Shown one piece after another: positions 1-9,901 of a stretch of DNA of 60,967 nucleotides (its first letter is position 1; every line of letters begins with the position of its first letter). This DNA is from a virus. Taxonomy: Duplodnaviria > Caudoviricetes. A program made the position numbers and the translations under genes. The stretch spans positions 1 to 60,967 of the IMG/VR virus record IMGVR_UViG_3300024331_000060. One strand, 5' to 3'. The notes under the pieces are model-generated. The model was not told the DNA's origin, searched no databases, and saw nothing but the letters and a program-made list of their open reading frames with translations.

Positions 1-13
1 AGAAGACTCTGGT
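1..13. repeat. 13-nt terminal direct repeat (assembly overlap of a circular contig), left copy
   Basis: agaagactctggt at 1-13 equals 60955-60967; joining the ends gives a continuous ORF. Confidence 0.9.
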
Positions 14-181
14 ATTAATCATCTTCATCACGCCCTGGCTTGTATTGCTATGCTCATTGATGGTTCCTCAGTGGGTAAATTAAACGATAATAGACCACCC
101 AAAGGTGCAGCTAGCAAGATGCAAAAGAAATGGATTGATCGAGGTAAACCCGTAGTGACGGACGAGAGTGAAGGTGGATAA
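2..181 (+). CDS. dATP/dGTP diphosphohydrolase (DUF5664-like), 3' part, continuing across the window join
   Basis: Frame 2 reads EDSGINHLHHALACIAMLID...EGG*, continuing ...AALRHIQSWWDGEDLA from the window end; DxxSGxxHLxHA motif. Confidence 0.8.
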   Translation, partial: EDSGINHLHHALACIAMLIDGSSVGKLNDNRPPKGAASKMQKKWIDRGKPVVTDESEGG

Positions 182-347
182 GTTTTATCATATTCGGAGG
201 TTAATCGAAGAGGTATTGGTGGTCTGCAAGAATGACGATACTTGGGTTACCGTGGATCTTCTAGAGCCAGCCAAGAATGCTGCTACGGAGATTGGGATGA
301 CCTCAGAAGAAATAAAAGAATTGCTAGGAGAGTCTATTGAAGCTTAA
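174..347 (+). CDS. hypothetical protein, 57 aa (not in ORF track)
   Basis: GTG start overlapping the upstream stop; MDKFYHIRRLIEEVL...SIEA*. Confidence 0.55.
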   Translation: MDKFYHIRRLIEEVLVVCKNDDTWVTVDLLEPAKNAATEIGMTSEEIKELLGESIEA

Positions 348-1056
348 GATTGGCAATCATCGAGTATTGGTCATATCGGATTTGCAAGAGCCCTTCGCCC
401 ACAAGGACGCTTTCGAATTCGTTAAGGCTGTACGTGATAAGTACAAGACGGATACTACTGTAAATATTGGAGATGAGGAAGACTTTCATGCTTTTAGTGG
501 TAGGTTCCCTCACGATCCTGATGGTCATAGCCCTGGTAAAGAGCTGGAGCTGGCAATCGAGGCACTTGGAAAGTGGTACAAAGAGTTTCCCGACACCAAA
601 GTCTGCATCTCCAACCATCTCGATAGGTACTACAAGAAGGCGTTCAATGCGGGACTCCCTAAACGGGCAATACTTAGCCCTCGAGCGCTCCTCGGGGCTC
701 CAGAGACTTGGGAATGGAGGAAATATTGGGTCATCGATGGTGTTAAATACGAACACGGTGATAATCAGGGTGGCATCGACGCCGCAAGGCTATTGGCTAT
801 CTCGAACCGGCAGAGCACCGTTATTGGTCACCACCATGCACACGGAGGAGTCCGATATATTGCTAACGACGATGATGTCATCTTTGGGCTTAACACGGGA
901 TGCCTCGTTGACCGTCATGCATATGCTTTCGCTTATGGAGCGGGATCAAAGTTCAAGCCTACACTTGGATGTGGCGTTGTTCTTTACGGAGTACCCTACT
1001 TCGTACCCATGATTCTTTCTGGTAAGTATGAAAGGTGGATTGGAGAGATAATTTAA
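337..1056 (+). CDS. calcineurin-like metallophosphoesterase
   Basis: ISDLQ, IGDEED, SNH, HGD and GHHH metallophosphoesterase motifs. Confidence 0.85.
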   Translation: MKLKIGNHRVLVISDLQEPFAHKDAFEFVKAVRDKYKTDTTVNIGDEEDFHAFSGRFPHDPDGHSPGKELELAIEALGKWYKEFPDTKVCISNHLDRYYKKAFNAGLPKRAILSPRALLGAPETWEWRKYWVIDGVKYEHGDNQGGIDAARLLAISNRQSTVIGHHHAHGGVRYIANDDDVIFGLNTGCLVDRHAYAFAYGAGSKFKPTLGCGVVLYGVPYFVPMILSGKYERWIGEII

Positions 1057-1058
1057 CT

Positions 1059-1247
1059 ATGAAATATATAGTCATTTGGGCATTATTTAATATTCATACT
1101 CAGACTTTGAGCAAGGTTCGAGTAGAGGAGCCTATGGAACAATTGTCTGCCGCAGAATGCTCTCAGGCTCTTGCAGATAAAGGGGCGCAGAAGCCAGATA
1201 AAGACGGTAATATCAAGCTCTACGAATGTATTGAAGTTCTTCAGTAA
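1059..1247 (+). CDS. hypothetical protein
   Basis: ATG just after the upstream stop; hydrophobic N-terminus and two Cys. Confidence 0.55.
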   Translation: MKYIVIWALFNIHTQTLSKVRVEEPMEQLSAAECSQALADKGAQKPDKDGNIKLYECIEVLQ

Positions 1248-1250
1248 GAT

Positions 1251-1280
1251 AAAAAATAAAGGGCTCCGAAAGGAGCCCTA
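1251..1280 (-). terminator. intrinsic terminator; U-tract on the minus strand, possibly bidirectional
   Basis: GGGCTCC-GAAA-GGAGCCC hairpin preceded by AAAAAATAAA. Confidence 0.7.
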
Positions 1281-1298
1281 ATAGTTTGGAGAGTAAGA

Positions 1299-1466
1299 AT
1301 GATACCTGAATTTAAAGCTTTTCCTAAGATTCCTCGTGTAAGTAAGGGCGTTGTTACCACAGAGAAGATTGACGGTACTAATGCTTGCGTACTGTGGATG
1401 AACGATACGTACAGTAAATTCCTGCTTGAGAATAATGATATCCCAAAGAGTCTGGTAGCAGCGTGA
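1299..1466 (+). pseudogene. truncated RNA ligase (Rnl2-like) N-terminal fragment, 55 aa
   Basis: MIPEFKAFPKIPRVSKGVVTTEKIDGTNAC contains nucleotidyltransferase motif I (KxDGxN), then stops; GGAGAG RBS. Confidence 0.65.
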
Positions 1467-1639
1467 ATATTCTACATGGTTTTTATGCACTCGGCAGTGT
1501 AGCTATCTTATTTGGAGTACTAATAGCTTTAGTTCTCCTTGGGGATTATTTAGGACAATATCATCCACAATTAGGATCTTTTCTAATCTGGCTTGTTATA
1601 GCTACTCTAGTTTTCCTAGTAGGAGCCTCTTTTACGTGA
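1463..1639 (+). CDS. small two-TM membrane protein, 58 aa (not in ORF track)
   Basis: GTGA overlaps at both ends; two hydrophobic stretches. Confidence 0.6.
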   Translation: MNILHGFYALGSVAILFGVLIALVLLGDYLGQYHPQLGSFLIWLVIATLVFLVGASFT

Positions 1640-2028
1640 GAGTAGTAGTCTATGGAGGTAGGGACTATCCTAATAGAGAGAATGTATTTCGTTGGTTGGG
1701 AAATTTGTTTAATCCTGTTTATCCAAATGATGAAGAGGGGAGAGCAGGAACTTGGCTTCCGAGACCAGATCTACATCTTATAGTAGGTAGAGCACCTGGA
1801 GTAGATTCTTTTGCTGAAGATTGGGCAGTTGTCCATTGGGTCCCGTACACGCCCTACGAAGCAGACTGGCCTAAATACGGGAAATCTGCGGGATACATAC
1901 GAAATAAGCAGATGCGAGATGAGGGTAAGCCGGACATAGGCGTGGCTTTTCCAGGAGGAAAAGGGACAGCTAATATGACTGCTCTTCTTAAAGAACGTAA
2001 AATACCTATTTTAGAAATATACGAATGA
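1636..2028 (+). CDS. SLOG-family protein (DUF2493/YspA-like)
   Basis: MRVVVYGGRDY, GxAxGVD, AGYIRNKQM and AFPGGKGTANM motifs. Confidence 0.8.
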   Translation: MRVVVYGGRDYPNRENVFRWLGNLFNPVYPNDEEGRAGTWLPRPDLHLIVGRAPGVDSFAEDWAVVHWVPYTPYEADWPKYGKSAGYIRNKQMRDEGKPDIGVAFPGGKGTANMTALLKERKIPILEIYE

Positions 2029-2279
2029 GAAAAATAATCAAGAATAGTGCTAAATGCACAGCCTGCGGAGTAGTAGTTTCATCTGTACACCGTCATGATT
2101 TCAACCCGCATTATTGCGATGTAGCATCTACGCCCGGCATGAAGTGGATAGGCGAGGGTGTAGATATGGAACTAGTACCTAGCGGAAAGACCACTTACCG
2201 CTTTGCCGTCGATGGCGGTACAGACTATTTACGTCGAGTAGGTACTGGATACGAGGACGTGTCTCAATATGGTGACTGA
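2025..2279 (+). CDS. Zn-binding hypothetical phage protein
   Basis: CxxC...HRHDF...C...AVDGGxxYLRRVG. Confidence 0.7.
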   Translation: MRKIIKNSAKCTACGVVVSSVHRHDFNPHYCDVASTPGMKWIGEGVDMELVPSGKTTYRFAVDGGTDYLRRVGTGYEDVSQYGD

Positions 2280-2457
2280 TTTACGGCTAGTTATTAGTCC
2301 TAAAGGCCACATAGTTTTACAGGCTGAGTACTCAATGTGGGACGGGGAAGGGCATCAGTGGAGAAACGTACGAGTAGTCCACTATGAAGGGCTAAGTGAT
2401 TACGACAAACGTGAAGTAGACGAATATGAAAAACCCGAAAGTCTACGTAATTTCTGA
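2269..2457 (+). CDS. hypothetical protein
   Basis: Overlap-coupled ORF in the plus-strand run. Confidence 0.5.
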   Translation: MVTDLRLVISPKGHIVLQAEYSMWDGEGHQWRNVRVVHYEGLSDYDKREVDEYEKPESLRNF

Positions 2458-2944
2458 TACGCACTTTGGCCATAGGAACATCATTAAGTTCGAACAAGAA
2501 AAAAGGCCATACTCTACGATTGAAGAGCATGACCTTGATTTACTACAGAGATGGAACTCTGTAGTACGTCCTATTGATACCGTATGGCACCTAGGGGATG
2601 TTTATTTTAGTGATGGATGGAGGATCTTACCTCAGTTAAATGGGAACAAGAAGCTAGTCCTAGGGAATCATGATGCTAAGAAAGAAGAAGTACTTATGAG
2701 GTACTTCTTTAGGATCTACGGAGTTGCGCAATTTGGAGACTGCATATTGTCTCACGTACCCGTACATCCGTATCAGTTAGCGACTAGGTATACCAAAAAT
2801 ATCCATGGACATATGCATAGTAAGAGAGTTCAAACTGACCATCCTATTAAAGATGAAATTGATGAAAGATATGTCTGCGTATCCGTAGAACAGACTGATC
2901 TAAAGCCTGTTCTACTTCAGCATGTCATCCATAATGGACTTTAA
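2426..2944 (+). CDS. calcineurin-like phosphoesterase
   Basis: ISDTHFGH, HLGD, GNHD, SHVP and HGHMH motifs. Confidence 0.85.
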   Translation: MKNPKVYVISDTHFGHRNIIKFEQEKRPYSTIEEHDLDLLQRWNSVVRPIDTVWHLGDVYFSDGWRILPQLNGNKKLVLGNHDAKKEEVLMRYFFRIYGVAQFGDCILSHVPVHPYQLATRYTKNIHGHMHSKRVQTDHPIKDEIDERYVCVSVEQTDLKPVLLQHVIHNGL

Positions 2945-3201
2945 AAAATACTTACTGTATCTCCTGTGTTAAAGACATAGCTAAAATTGGCAACTAAATC
3001 CGCTTGTATAGAAGCTTTAGCCAATTCAAATACATCACATTTATCTTTATAGCCAGGAATATTACTTACAACTACACTTCCACTGACAGGATTAGAAGAA
3101 TCGAGGCCAGCGTATCCTACTACAACGTAGTAGGTACCTGCAGGAGTTACTGAAGAATTGTAATTTATAGATTGGATAGAGCCAACAGCTAGTACAGTCA
3201 T
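2941..3201 (-). CDS. hypothetical protein after the tailspike
   Basis: ATG 3201 with AAGGA RBS; last gene of the minus-strand arm. Confidence 0.55.
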   Translation of the reverse strand: MTVLAVGSIQSINYNSSVTPAGTYYVVVGYAGLDSSNPVSGSVVVSNIPGYKDKCDVFELAKASIQADLVANFSYVFNTGDTVSIF

Positions 3202-3212
3202 TAATTTAGTCC

Positions 3213-4949
3213 TTATGCACCAATGAAGCCGACATTTTTTAAGATAGTGAGAATTTCTGCTATAGTAGTCGAGCACTGAGCCAAAGTAGCAGGACCTCCT
3301 CCCGGGAAATTCGCAATGACACCAGCCCCTGTAGGTACACCAAAGCCGCTTACTAGAGCTGCTGGGGGCTGGTTCGAGATACCAAGAACCCCATTGGTTC
3401 GAATATCCCCCGTATTAGAATCAATAGTAGTAGTTTTAGTACGAGTACCAATAGTAATTGTATTACTACCGATGATGAAGTTACTGGTAGAAGTTCCAGA
3501 TATCGTTATTGGAACTGCCCCCATCTCGCAATGGGAGTTCTGCATGGTGGTACAAGCAACCCCGGTACCCGATAGCTGCTTAATCTGAGTGATGAAAAAG
3601 CTATCCAGAACTACTAGAGCAGGAGCAAAGATGGCATTAGTGAGTGCAGGGAAATAGCAATCATCTATACGCCATTGGGAAGGCGTCCCTGCAACGTTAG
3701 AGAACGTAATACCATACAAATTCTGTGTGGTAAGATTCTCGGTCTCAACCCCGCTCAGGTGCACATGTCCCGTAGCACCATTAGTCATATCTACGTAGAA
3801 GATAGCCCTACCGCCAACTCCGGCGCCATTCTCTACGCTCACCCAAGGGCCAAAAATCTTAATATGTCCTGCTGCATCAAAATAGAACACATCGGCCGCA
3901 GCGTCTGAAGATGCCATTAGGAACTGTCCACCGAAATACTCGTGGTCTAGGCACGATTGGGCACCAGTCCGTATCGTAACGAAACTCGAAGTAAGTCCGA
4001 AGATATTATTGGCCGTTATAACTACTACTTTGCCTGCACCTGTGTAGGTATTGGCCCAGTAGTTGCCTACGTACAATCCATCCTCAGACCCATAATTGTA
4101 CTGAATACATCTGCTAAACTTCCCTACTACTTTAGTGTTGATTATTCGAGGGAACTGAGAGTTACTCCCAGCTACGTTGGCACGAGCCTGGAAGAAACAG
4201 ACCTGAGGGAAGGTCGTAGCATCCGTAGAAATGGTGCAATCATAGAAGGTGTACGCATCGCATCCTGTGAGATCGAAGCCATACCCCGTATGCTGAAAGA
4301 TAATAGACGGACCCGGCGGATACCCGTCCTGAGACGTACTGCCCTCATCTCGGAATTTCAATCCGAACTGATTGGCACTTGATCCGAAAGTACAATTCAA
4401 AGTACTAGTGATCAAATACGGAGCAGTAGCACCCCATCGAATGACCCCTCCGCCCTGTTTGCAGACATCAATAGCATGCTGAAATGCTAGAGTCATATCT
4501 GTAGTTCTCGGGCTAGTATTCGTAGCGTACCTGTCCACGTACATAGCAGGATAGCTATAGTTGACAGGAGTAATACCTAGAGCCAACTCAGCAGCCGTCT
4601 GCGGATATAGCACCTGACCAATCTGAGCCTGCGTAGGTACTGATACCGGAATATACGGATCAACGTCCTCTAAGAGAGTACCCGTAGAACTGTATAGTTG
4701 ATACCTGTACGTAGTAGCAGGATTCAAATAGATAGGTACCAATCTACCATCTGAAGCAGCCGTCGTAGCTCCCGTACCAGGAGTCTGGCTAAGAGGAGTC
4801 GTAAGACTTCCATCTGCGTAGACATTGGTAAGAGTAGTCGTACCCGTCAAATAGAACTGGTAGTAAGCTCCCGGCTGAATAAGCCCCACAGTAGAGAGAG
4901 GCTTAGCTCGTGCTTCGTAAAATAGTACGCCGGTCGGTGGTGCAGACAT
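3213..4949 (-). CDS. tailspike / receptor-binding protein with a probable beta-helix domain
   Basis: N-terminal particle-binding segment (VYADGSLTTPLS...SDGR..PIYL...YRYQL), DMTLAFQHAID pectate-lyase-3-like cap, beta-rich body. Confidence 0.7.
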   Translation of the reverse strand: MSAPPTGVLFYEARAKPLSTVGLIQPGAYYQFYLTGTTTLTNVYADGSLTTPLSQTPGTGATTAASDGRLVPIYLNPATTYRYQLYSSTGTLLEDVDPYIPVSVPTQAQIGQVLYPQTAAELALGITPVNYSYPAMYVDRYATNTSPRTTDMTLAFQHAIDVCKQGGGVIRWGATAPYLITSTLNCTFGSSANQFGLKFRDEGSTSQDGYPPGPSIIFQHTGYGFDLTGCDAYTFYDCTISTDATTFPQVCFFQARANVAGSNSQFPRIINTKVVGKFSRCIQYNYGSEDGLYVGNYWANTYTGAGKVVVITANNIFGLTSSFVTIRTGAQSCLDHEYFGGQFLMASSDAAADVFYFDAAGHIKIFGPWVSVENGAGVGGRAIFYVDMTNGATGHVHLSGVETENLTTQNLYGITFSNVAGTPSQWRIDDCYFPALTNAIFAPALVVLDSFFITQIKQLSGTGVACTTMQNSHCEMGAVPITISGTSTSNFIIGSNTITIGTRTKTTTIDSNTGDIRTNGVLGISNQPPAALVSGFGVPTGAGVIANFPGGGPATLAQCSTTIAEILTILKNVGFIGA

Positions 4950-4962
4950 AGTAAGTCCTTAA

Positions 4963-7944
4963 TTAAAGAGTAGAAGGGTCTACGCCGTAGAAGGTAGCGC
5001 CATTGGCAGAACGCATAGGCACCATCTTGTGGCTATTAGTAATAGGTCGATCTTCAGATAGACCCGTATCCGTCGAAGGAATTGGAGATTTCTGAGATGG
5101 GCTGCCTTCGGGACTTCCTGCTTGTCTAATCAATGCAGCCAAATCTTTGGCATCGGGGTCTTTGTTCCCCATCTTATCCAACTGAGTCAGAAGTACAGGA
5201 ACCATTCCCTTAGGGGCTTTAGTGGCCTGAGCAAGCCAAGCAGTGGTCTTAGGGTTGGTTAAAACCCTAGACATAATCGGATTACCTGCTGCTATTCCTA
5301 CAGCTCCTGTGGCTGCTCCCGCAGCTAGGAAGGGATGTCCTTCGGCAATGTGGGCAATAGTTCCACCACCGCTATGGGCTAGATAGGCCAGGGCTCCAAA
5401 GATTCCTACCTTCTGAAGTCCAGCATTTCCTTGCTCGACTCCCTTCACAAAGCCGGATTTAATGTAACCCTGCTTTTCCAGTAGAGTAAGAGTACTGCTC
5501 AGAGAATCGAGACTCTTCCTTAGCTGAGTCGGAGGACCTGCACCTGCACCTTCCCCGAATAGGACATTCTTAGCCTCAGGAGACATGTTTCTCCAGTTGT
5601 TCAGGTAGGTATTGGCATCAAAGGGTTTATCCATGGCTCCGCCTGCTTTGCCCATTCGAGATAGAACAGTTGCCTGGAAGAAGCTCTTACCTTCCTTGTC
5701 CAAAGCACCCATAATTGGAGCAATCTTGGAAGCACCATCTTTAGAGCCATTCATAGCGGCTCTGAATACTGACTCAGGACCACCTGCCTTTCTAATAGCT
5801 TTAACTAGGCCCCTCTGAGTATCTCCATTAGTCTTAGCTACGTTATTGAATAGCTCGAAGGCAGACTCAGCTTCAGGACCTTTGGCTTTAACTCCTTCCT
5901 TCAAATCCTCACTCAAAGCGCCATAGAGCTGCTTCAACTGTCCTTGGCGAGTATCGGACATTCCAGGCCGAATCTCTTTACCAATAGCGGACCGCAACTG
6001 CCTAAGACTGTCGAAAGTCCAAGGAGTTTCTTTATTTAGAACTGCCTGTGGACTTACTTCTCTCCCATTAGTTGAAGTAGGGGTTTGAATTTCTCCAGGT
6101 TCCGATCTCCCAGTTTTAGTGTCATAAGAAAATTCAATACCAGCACCTGTGTTTGCATTCGCTGGTTTTTCATCGAACCCACCTCTAGCCTTAGCTCTAT
6201 TGGCCAATCCTCTAGCCGCATTCGCTGGCTGACCGCCCCGGTCTAGGATTGTGTAATTCCCATCCCTATCTATTTGAGCAATTACGTGTCCCGCAGGTGC
6301 ACGAGCATCTACGGAATCTACTCCCGTAAGAGGCATAGTATTGCCATCAGGGTCTATTTGAACTCTTCGAAGTCCTGCTTCTTTTTCTTGGGCTACCCGA
6401 TTGATGGCTTCCTGACTTGCTGAGCTTTCACCAGAAGCATTATTGGTTATCTCTTGGTCGCCTGTATTGAGATTCGTCTTAGTTCTAGGCGCTTTTATCG
6501 TATAGACTGGGTTTTTAGGGCTATCGCTAACTATACGGCCCCGTTCAGTGGTCTCAGCATTCGGGTTCTTTTCTACAGTCCATCCTCTGCGAACCAATTT
6601 CTCAAAATCCGAGGCTTCTTGAGGACTTACACTTATATCACTAATTAAATGGTTGCCTTGAGATGTAGCCGCATGGGCCATAGTCTCTAATCTATCGGTG
6701 CCTTCTTTTCCTGCATCATGATAAGTGACTTTAATATCTCCAGACCCGGACTCCACAGCATGGGTTTCTCCATTTGGAGAACTAGCCATGTGTGCGCCCT
6801 CTCCATCTGTACTGTATGAAGCAGGAGATTTCCTGTTTTCCGCAGCTACACCTTCTGCAGCTTTAGCTACTTGCTTAGTCTTTGAACTAGTCACCAGATC
6901 ATCTACAGACTGAATACCTGTAGGGCTGGTGATTTTCTTTATGGTGTCTTCGAATCTAGGAGCAGAGAACGGAGTCTCCTTCGGAATATGCTCATGCATG
7001 GCATTAGCAGCTTCGTTGGTCTCATTCTTAAGAGTCTCAATTCGCTTAGTAGCACCTTCTTGAATAGCTTCTCCCGCTGCAGTAGGCGTAGCCTGCCTCT
7101 GCTGCATATCTGGGGCCAATTTCTTCGTAATATTGGACACAGACTCTTCAACTTGTTTATTCAATCCCGCCCCACGAGTCTCTGCTAAAGGACCCCCTCC
7201 AGGTATCTTTGCACCAAGTGATTCTGTGTTTCGTAAAGCCTTGTTTTCAGATGCTTGCCCGGCAGACAGTTTAATTCCAGCATTTTCGGCGTTGTTCAGG
7301 TTTTCCTGCATAGTAGCAGCCCCTTCGTTGCCACCACGAACCAAAGCTCGGGTAGCACCTGCCAAAGCTGAAGGAGCAAATGGGGATAATCCCGCTGCGA
7401 ACTGAGCTACAGGACCTCCCCCCATTTCGGCTGCTGTCTGAGAAGCAGCGCCAGAGGCAGTTACAGGCGCTATAGATTCAAGAGCTGCTTCGGGGCCTGC
7501 CAGCAATGCAGATGGAGCTGCCTCAATACCTTTACCTACTATACGCTCGATAGCCCCCTGATTTTTAGGCCGCAGGGACGGAAGATGCTTTTCGAGTCTA
7601 TCTGCCAGTTTCTCAGCTACCATGTGCTCCATGGGATGAGGCTCATCCTCCACTCCTTCAGGATGAAAAGCTGTATCCCAGATTTCCCCGGGAATAGCGG
7701 CAATGTCGCCAATACCTTCAATGATATTACGAGGAAGCTGTTTAGCTATATTTGAACCTATTTGGCCAAGTTCTTGGGTAACAGGCGCAGACTCGGTAGG
7801 TTTAGAGGTAGCTCCAAGACTATCCGAGCCACTCCAGTCTGTGCCACCCTCATGTCCGAGGTCGGATAGAAGACTGTTTACAGCTTGAGCTGGTTCAGTT
7901 TTAGTGGCAGAAGTATCTCCACCGATATCGTCAAGTAGTGCCAT
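4963..7944 (-). CDS. large DNA ejection / internal virion protein (P22 gp16-like position)
   Basis: ~993 aa, Ala/Gly-rich and helical; last of three pilot-like genes; ATG 7944 coupled by TAATG. Confidence 0.6.
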   Translation of the reverse strand: MALLDDIGGDTSATKTEPAQAVNSLLSDLGHEGGTDWSGSDSLGATSKPTESAPVTQELGQIGSNIAKQLPRNIIEGIGDIAAIPGEIWDTAFHPEGVEDEPHPMEHMVAEKLADRLEKHLPSLRPKNQGAIERIVGKGIEAAPSALLAGPEAALESIAPVTASGAASQTAAEMGGGPVAQFAAGLSPFAPSALAGATRALVRGGNEGAATMQENLNNAENAGIKLSAGQASENKALRNTESLGAKIPGGGPLAETRGAGLNKQVEESVSNITKKLAPDMQQRQATPTAAGEAIQEGATKRIETLKNETNEAANAMHEHIPKETPFSAPRFEDTIKKITSPTGIQSVDDLVTSSKTKQVAKAAEGVAAENRKSPASYSTDGEGAHMASSPNGETHAVESGSGDIKVTYHDAGKEGTDRLETMAHAATSQGNHLISDISVSPQEASDFEKLVRRGWTVEKNPNAETTERGRIVSDSPKNPVYTIKAPRTKTNLNTGDQEITNNASGESSASQEAINRVAQEKEAGLRRVQIDPDGNTMPLTGVDSVDARAPAGHVIAQIDRDGNYTILDRGGQPANAARGLANRAKARGGFDEKPANANTGAGIEFSYDTKTGRSEPGEIQTPTSTNGREVSPQAVLNKETPWTFDSLRQLRSAIGKEIRPGMSDTRQGQLKQLYGALSEDLKEGVKAKGPEAESAFELFNNVAKTNGDTQRGLVKAIRKAGGPESVFRAAMNGSKDGASKIAPIMGALDKEGKSFFQATVLSRMGKAGGAMDKPFDANTYLNNWRNMSPEAKNVLFGEGAGAGPPTQLRKSLDSLSSTLTLLEKQGYIKSGFVKGVEQGNAGLQKVGIFGALAYLAHSGGGTIAHIAEGHPFLAAGAATGAVGIAAGNPIMSRVLTNPKTTAWLAQATKAPKGMVPVLLTQLDKMGNKDPDAKDLAALIRQAGSPEGSPSQKSPIPSTDTGLSEDRPITNSHKMVPMRSANGATFYGVDPSTL

Positions 7945-8087
7945 TACGCGGTTTTCCAACAATATGACCGAGAAAAATCACAAGAATATTCGGCGTTCAA
8001 AGCCCCAGAATCCATTACTTTGCGAGTAGTGGGAGGCGATACGCCTGTACTGGCGATAAATAGAATAGCGAGTAAGAAAGCTTTCAT
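7944..8087 (-). CDS. 47-aa peptide with a signal-like N-terminus and a Cys pair (not in ORF track)
   Basis: MKAFLLAILFIASTG...YSCDFSRSYCWKTA*; TAATG overlaps at both ends. Confidence 0.65.
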   Translation of the reverse strand: MKAFLLAILFIASTGVSPPTTRKVMDSGALNAEYSCDFSRSYCWKTA

Positions 8088-9892
8088 TATTTAATGGTAG
8101 CTCCAGACGAGGTCAATTTATCTTGTAGTATGGCCAAAGGGATACCTAATTTAGCAGCAGCAGAACTTACTTCGGTTGCAGAGTAAGATTTACCGTTCAC
8201 CTTTGAGAAATCTGGCATTCCCTTTGGATGCAGAATACTAAGAGTACTGTCTACGAGATCTTGCTTAGGGAACTTCTCCCGGTAGTCTGTGTCGAAATTA
8301 GCTACCGATTTTCCGGCCTGAAGCAAATGACTGGCTACCTTGGATTTCTCCATAGTGTACTTGGCATCAGATGCCTGCCACTGAAGCATTTGCTGGATGG
8401 CAGATTTAGTAAGATTAGGATTAGCTGCAAGCTTTTCCATGATAAGTCTGGACTCGTATGCACCTAAACGTACCTGAGCCCCCTCACTGTGAAACTGCTG
8501 CAGAAGGTCATTCATCTCTGAAGCATTCAATACTTTACTGAGAATCTGATACGCACCTGCTTGGCCAGAAGGAGTTCCTGTCCAGTTCTCTAGGACCGTA
8601 CGGAGCTGAGCATATTCATGTGAACCTGGACCTAACGTAAGGCCGGGAGTAGCCAGAAGAGTATTAATCCTTTTAATCTGAGCCACGCTGTCCTGCGCAC
8701 GGGAAAACTCTGTATTCGTATTCTTAGCCAAATCCTCTGCCTGTTTTCTATAGATGTCCCTCTGTTTCTGATCATCCGAGTTAAGTTTCTGATTGCTCTT
8801 GATCTGAGGGAAAGCAGACGGCTGCTGTTTCACGAAATCCGACTGTTCAGCACTAAGGCCAGGAATAGGAGGACCTCCCTGAGAGCTGGGAGTGTTCCTT
8901 GCTTGCTCGGGAGTCATGTGCTTGACAGGACCTGCACCTGACGCATTGGCGGGAGCTTGGGCGGGAGTTCCCGCTTGAGCAGAGCCCCCAGAAGAACCAC
9001 TAGGCGGCGGTACAGAGAATTTAATAGATTTGTTATTGGTAAGATCGCCATAGCTTTTGATGCCGAGATCTTTAGGTTTAACAGTAGTATCTCTATTATC
9101 GATTGTCACTGTCTGCGGAGTATTGCTCCACTTGCCAATATCTATCTGTTCACCGACAGTAGGTCCAGCCTTCGGGGCAAATACGGGAAATTTAGTATCC
9201 TTATCCCGAATCTCATCTCCTATGACTTCAGTCCCTCTTCCCGTGTATTGATGAGAATACTTGGCAGCAGCTTGAATGGCCGTTCTAGCCATAGCGTCTT
9301 TCTCTTCAGGAGATTTATCCTGCATAGAAGCTATAGCTTTACCTACGTTGTTCAAGTATGAGCCGGGGTGAGTAGTGGTTAAAAGAGTCTGTAAACCAGC
9401 ACCAGAACCGGATAGAGCTGAAGCAGTTTGGAAGATATCGTTTGCTTCGTTCTGGTTCTTGGAAGTCTGGGCAGCTACGAGGGTTTTCCTCATCTCTTCT
9501 GCCCTGGCTGCTTCTGCCGGGTTCACCCAAGCTGTGGCATTAATATATTGCTGTATGCCAGGAGGTCCCATAGGATTAACGTACATCTTCTTGTTGAGAG
9601 AAGATGCCACTCCAGTTTCACTGGGATCGCCAGCAGGAGTTTCCCCTGATTGCTCGTCTTGCCCATTAGGAAGATTCTTCAGAGACTCCATAGCTTGACG
9701 GATCATCTGGACTTCGAATGCAGCTTTCTGGGTCTGCATTTGAGTAAGACCTGTCTGCGCCCCGACTAAACCAGTCTGAGCCCCTGTCAATTTTGTATTA
9801 GCCTGAGTATTTTCTATGTTGGCTTGATTCCGAGGAAAAGCCGTCATTAGATTGCCAAATTCAGGTATAGATTGTGCTGAAATATCTGCCAT
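8087..9892 (-). CDS. DNA ejection / internal virion protein (gp20-like position)
   Basis: 601 aa, Gln/Ala-rich; synteny. Confidence 0.55.
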   Translation of the reverse strand: MADISAQSIPEFGNLMTAFPRNQANIENTQANTKLTGAQTGLVGAQTGLTQMQTQKAAFEVQMIRQAMESLKNLPNGQDEQSGETPAGDPSETGVASSLNKKMYVNPMGPPGIQQYINATAWVNPAEAARAEEMRKTLVAAQTSKNQNEANDIFQTASALSGSGAGLQTLLTTTHPGSYLNNVGKAIASMQDKSPEEKDAMARTAIQAAAKYSHQYTGRGTEVIGDEIRDKDTKFPVFAPKAGPTVGEQIDIGKWSNTPQTVTIDNRDTTVKPKDLGIKSYGDLTNNKSIKFSVPPPSGSSGGSAQAGTPAQAPANASGAGPVKHMTPEQARNTPSSQGGPPIPGLSAEQSDFVKQQPSAFPQIKSNQKLNSDDQKQRDIYRKQAEDLAKNTNTEFSRAQDSVAQIKRINTLLATPGLTLGPGSHEYAQLRTVLENWTGTPSGQAGAYQILSKVLNASEMNDLLQQFHSEGAQVRLGAYESRLIMEKLAANPNLTKSAIQQMLQWQASDAKYTMEKSKVASHLLQAGKSVANFDTDYREKFPKQDLVDSTLSILHPKGMPDFSKVNGKSYSATEVSSAAAKLGIPLAILQDKLTSSGATIK

Positions 9893-9901
9893 AGTGTATC
9901 T

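Noticed and set aside
1-13. Biological terminal repeat or att site
   Set aside because: The 13-mer falls mid-gene and is best explained as circular assembly overlap; no integrase is present.
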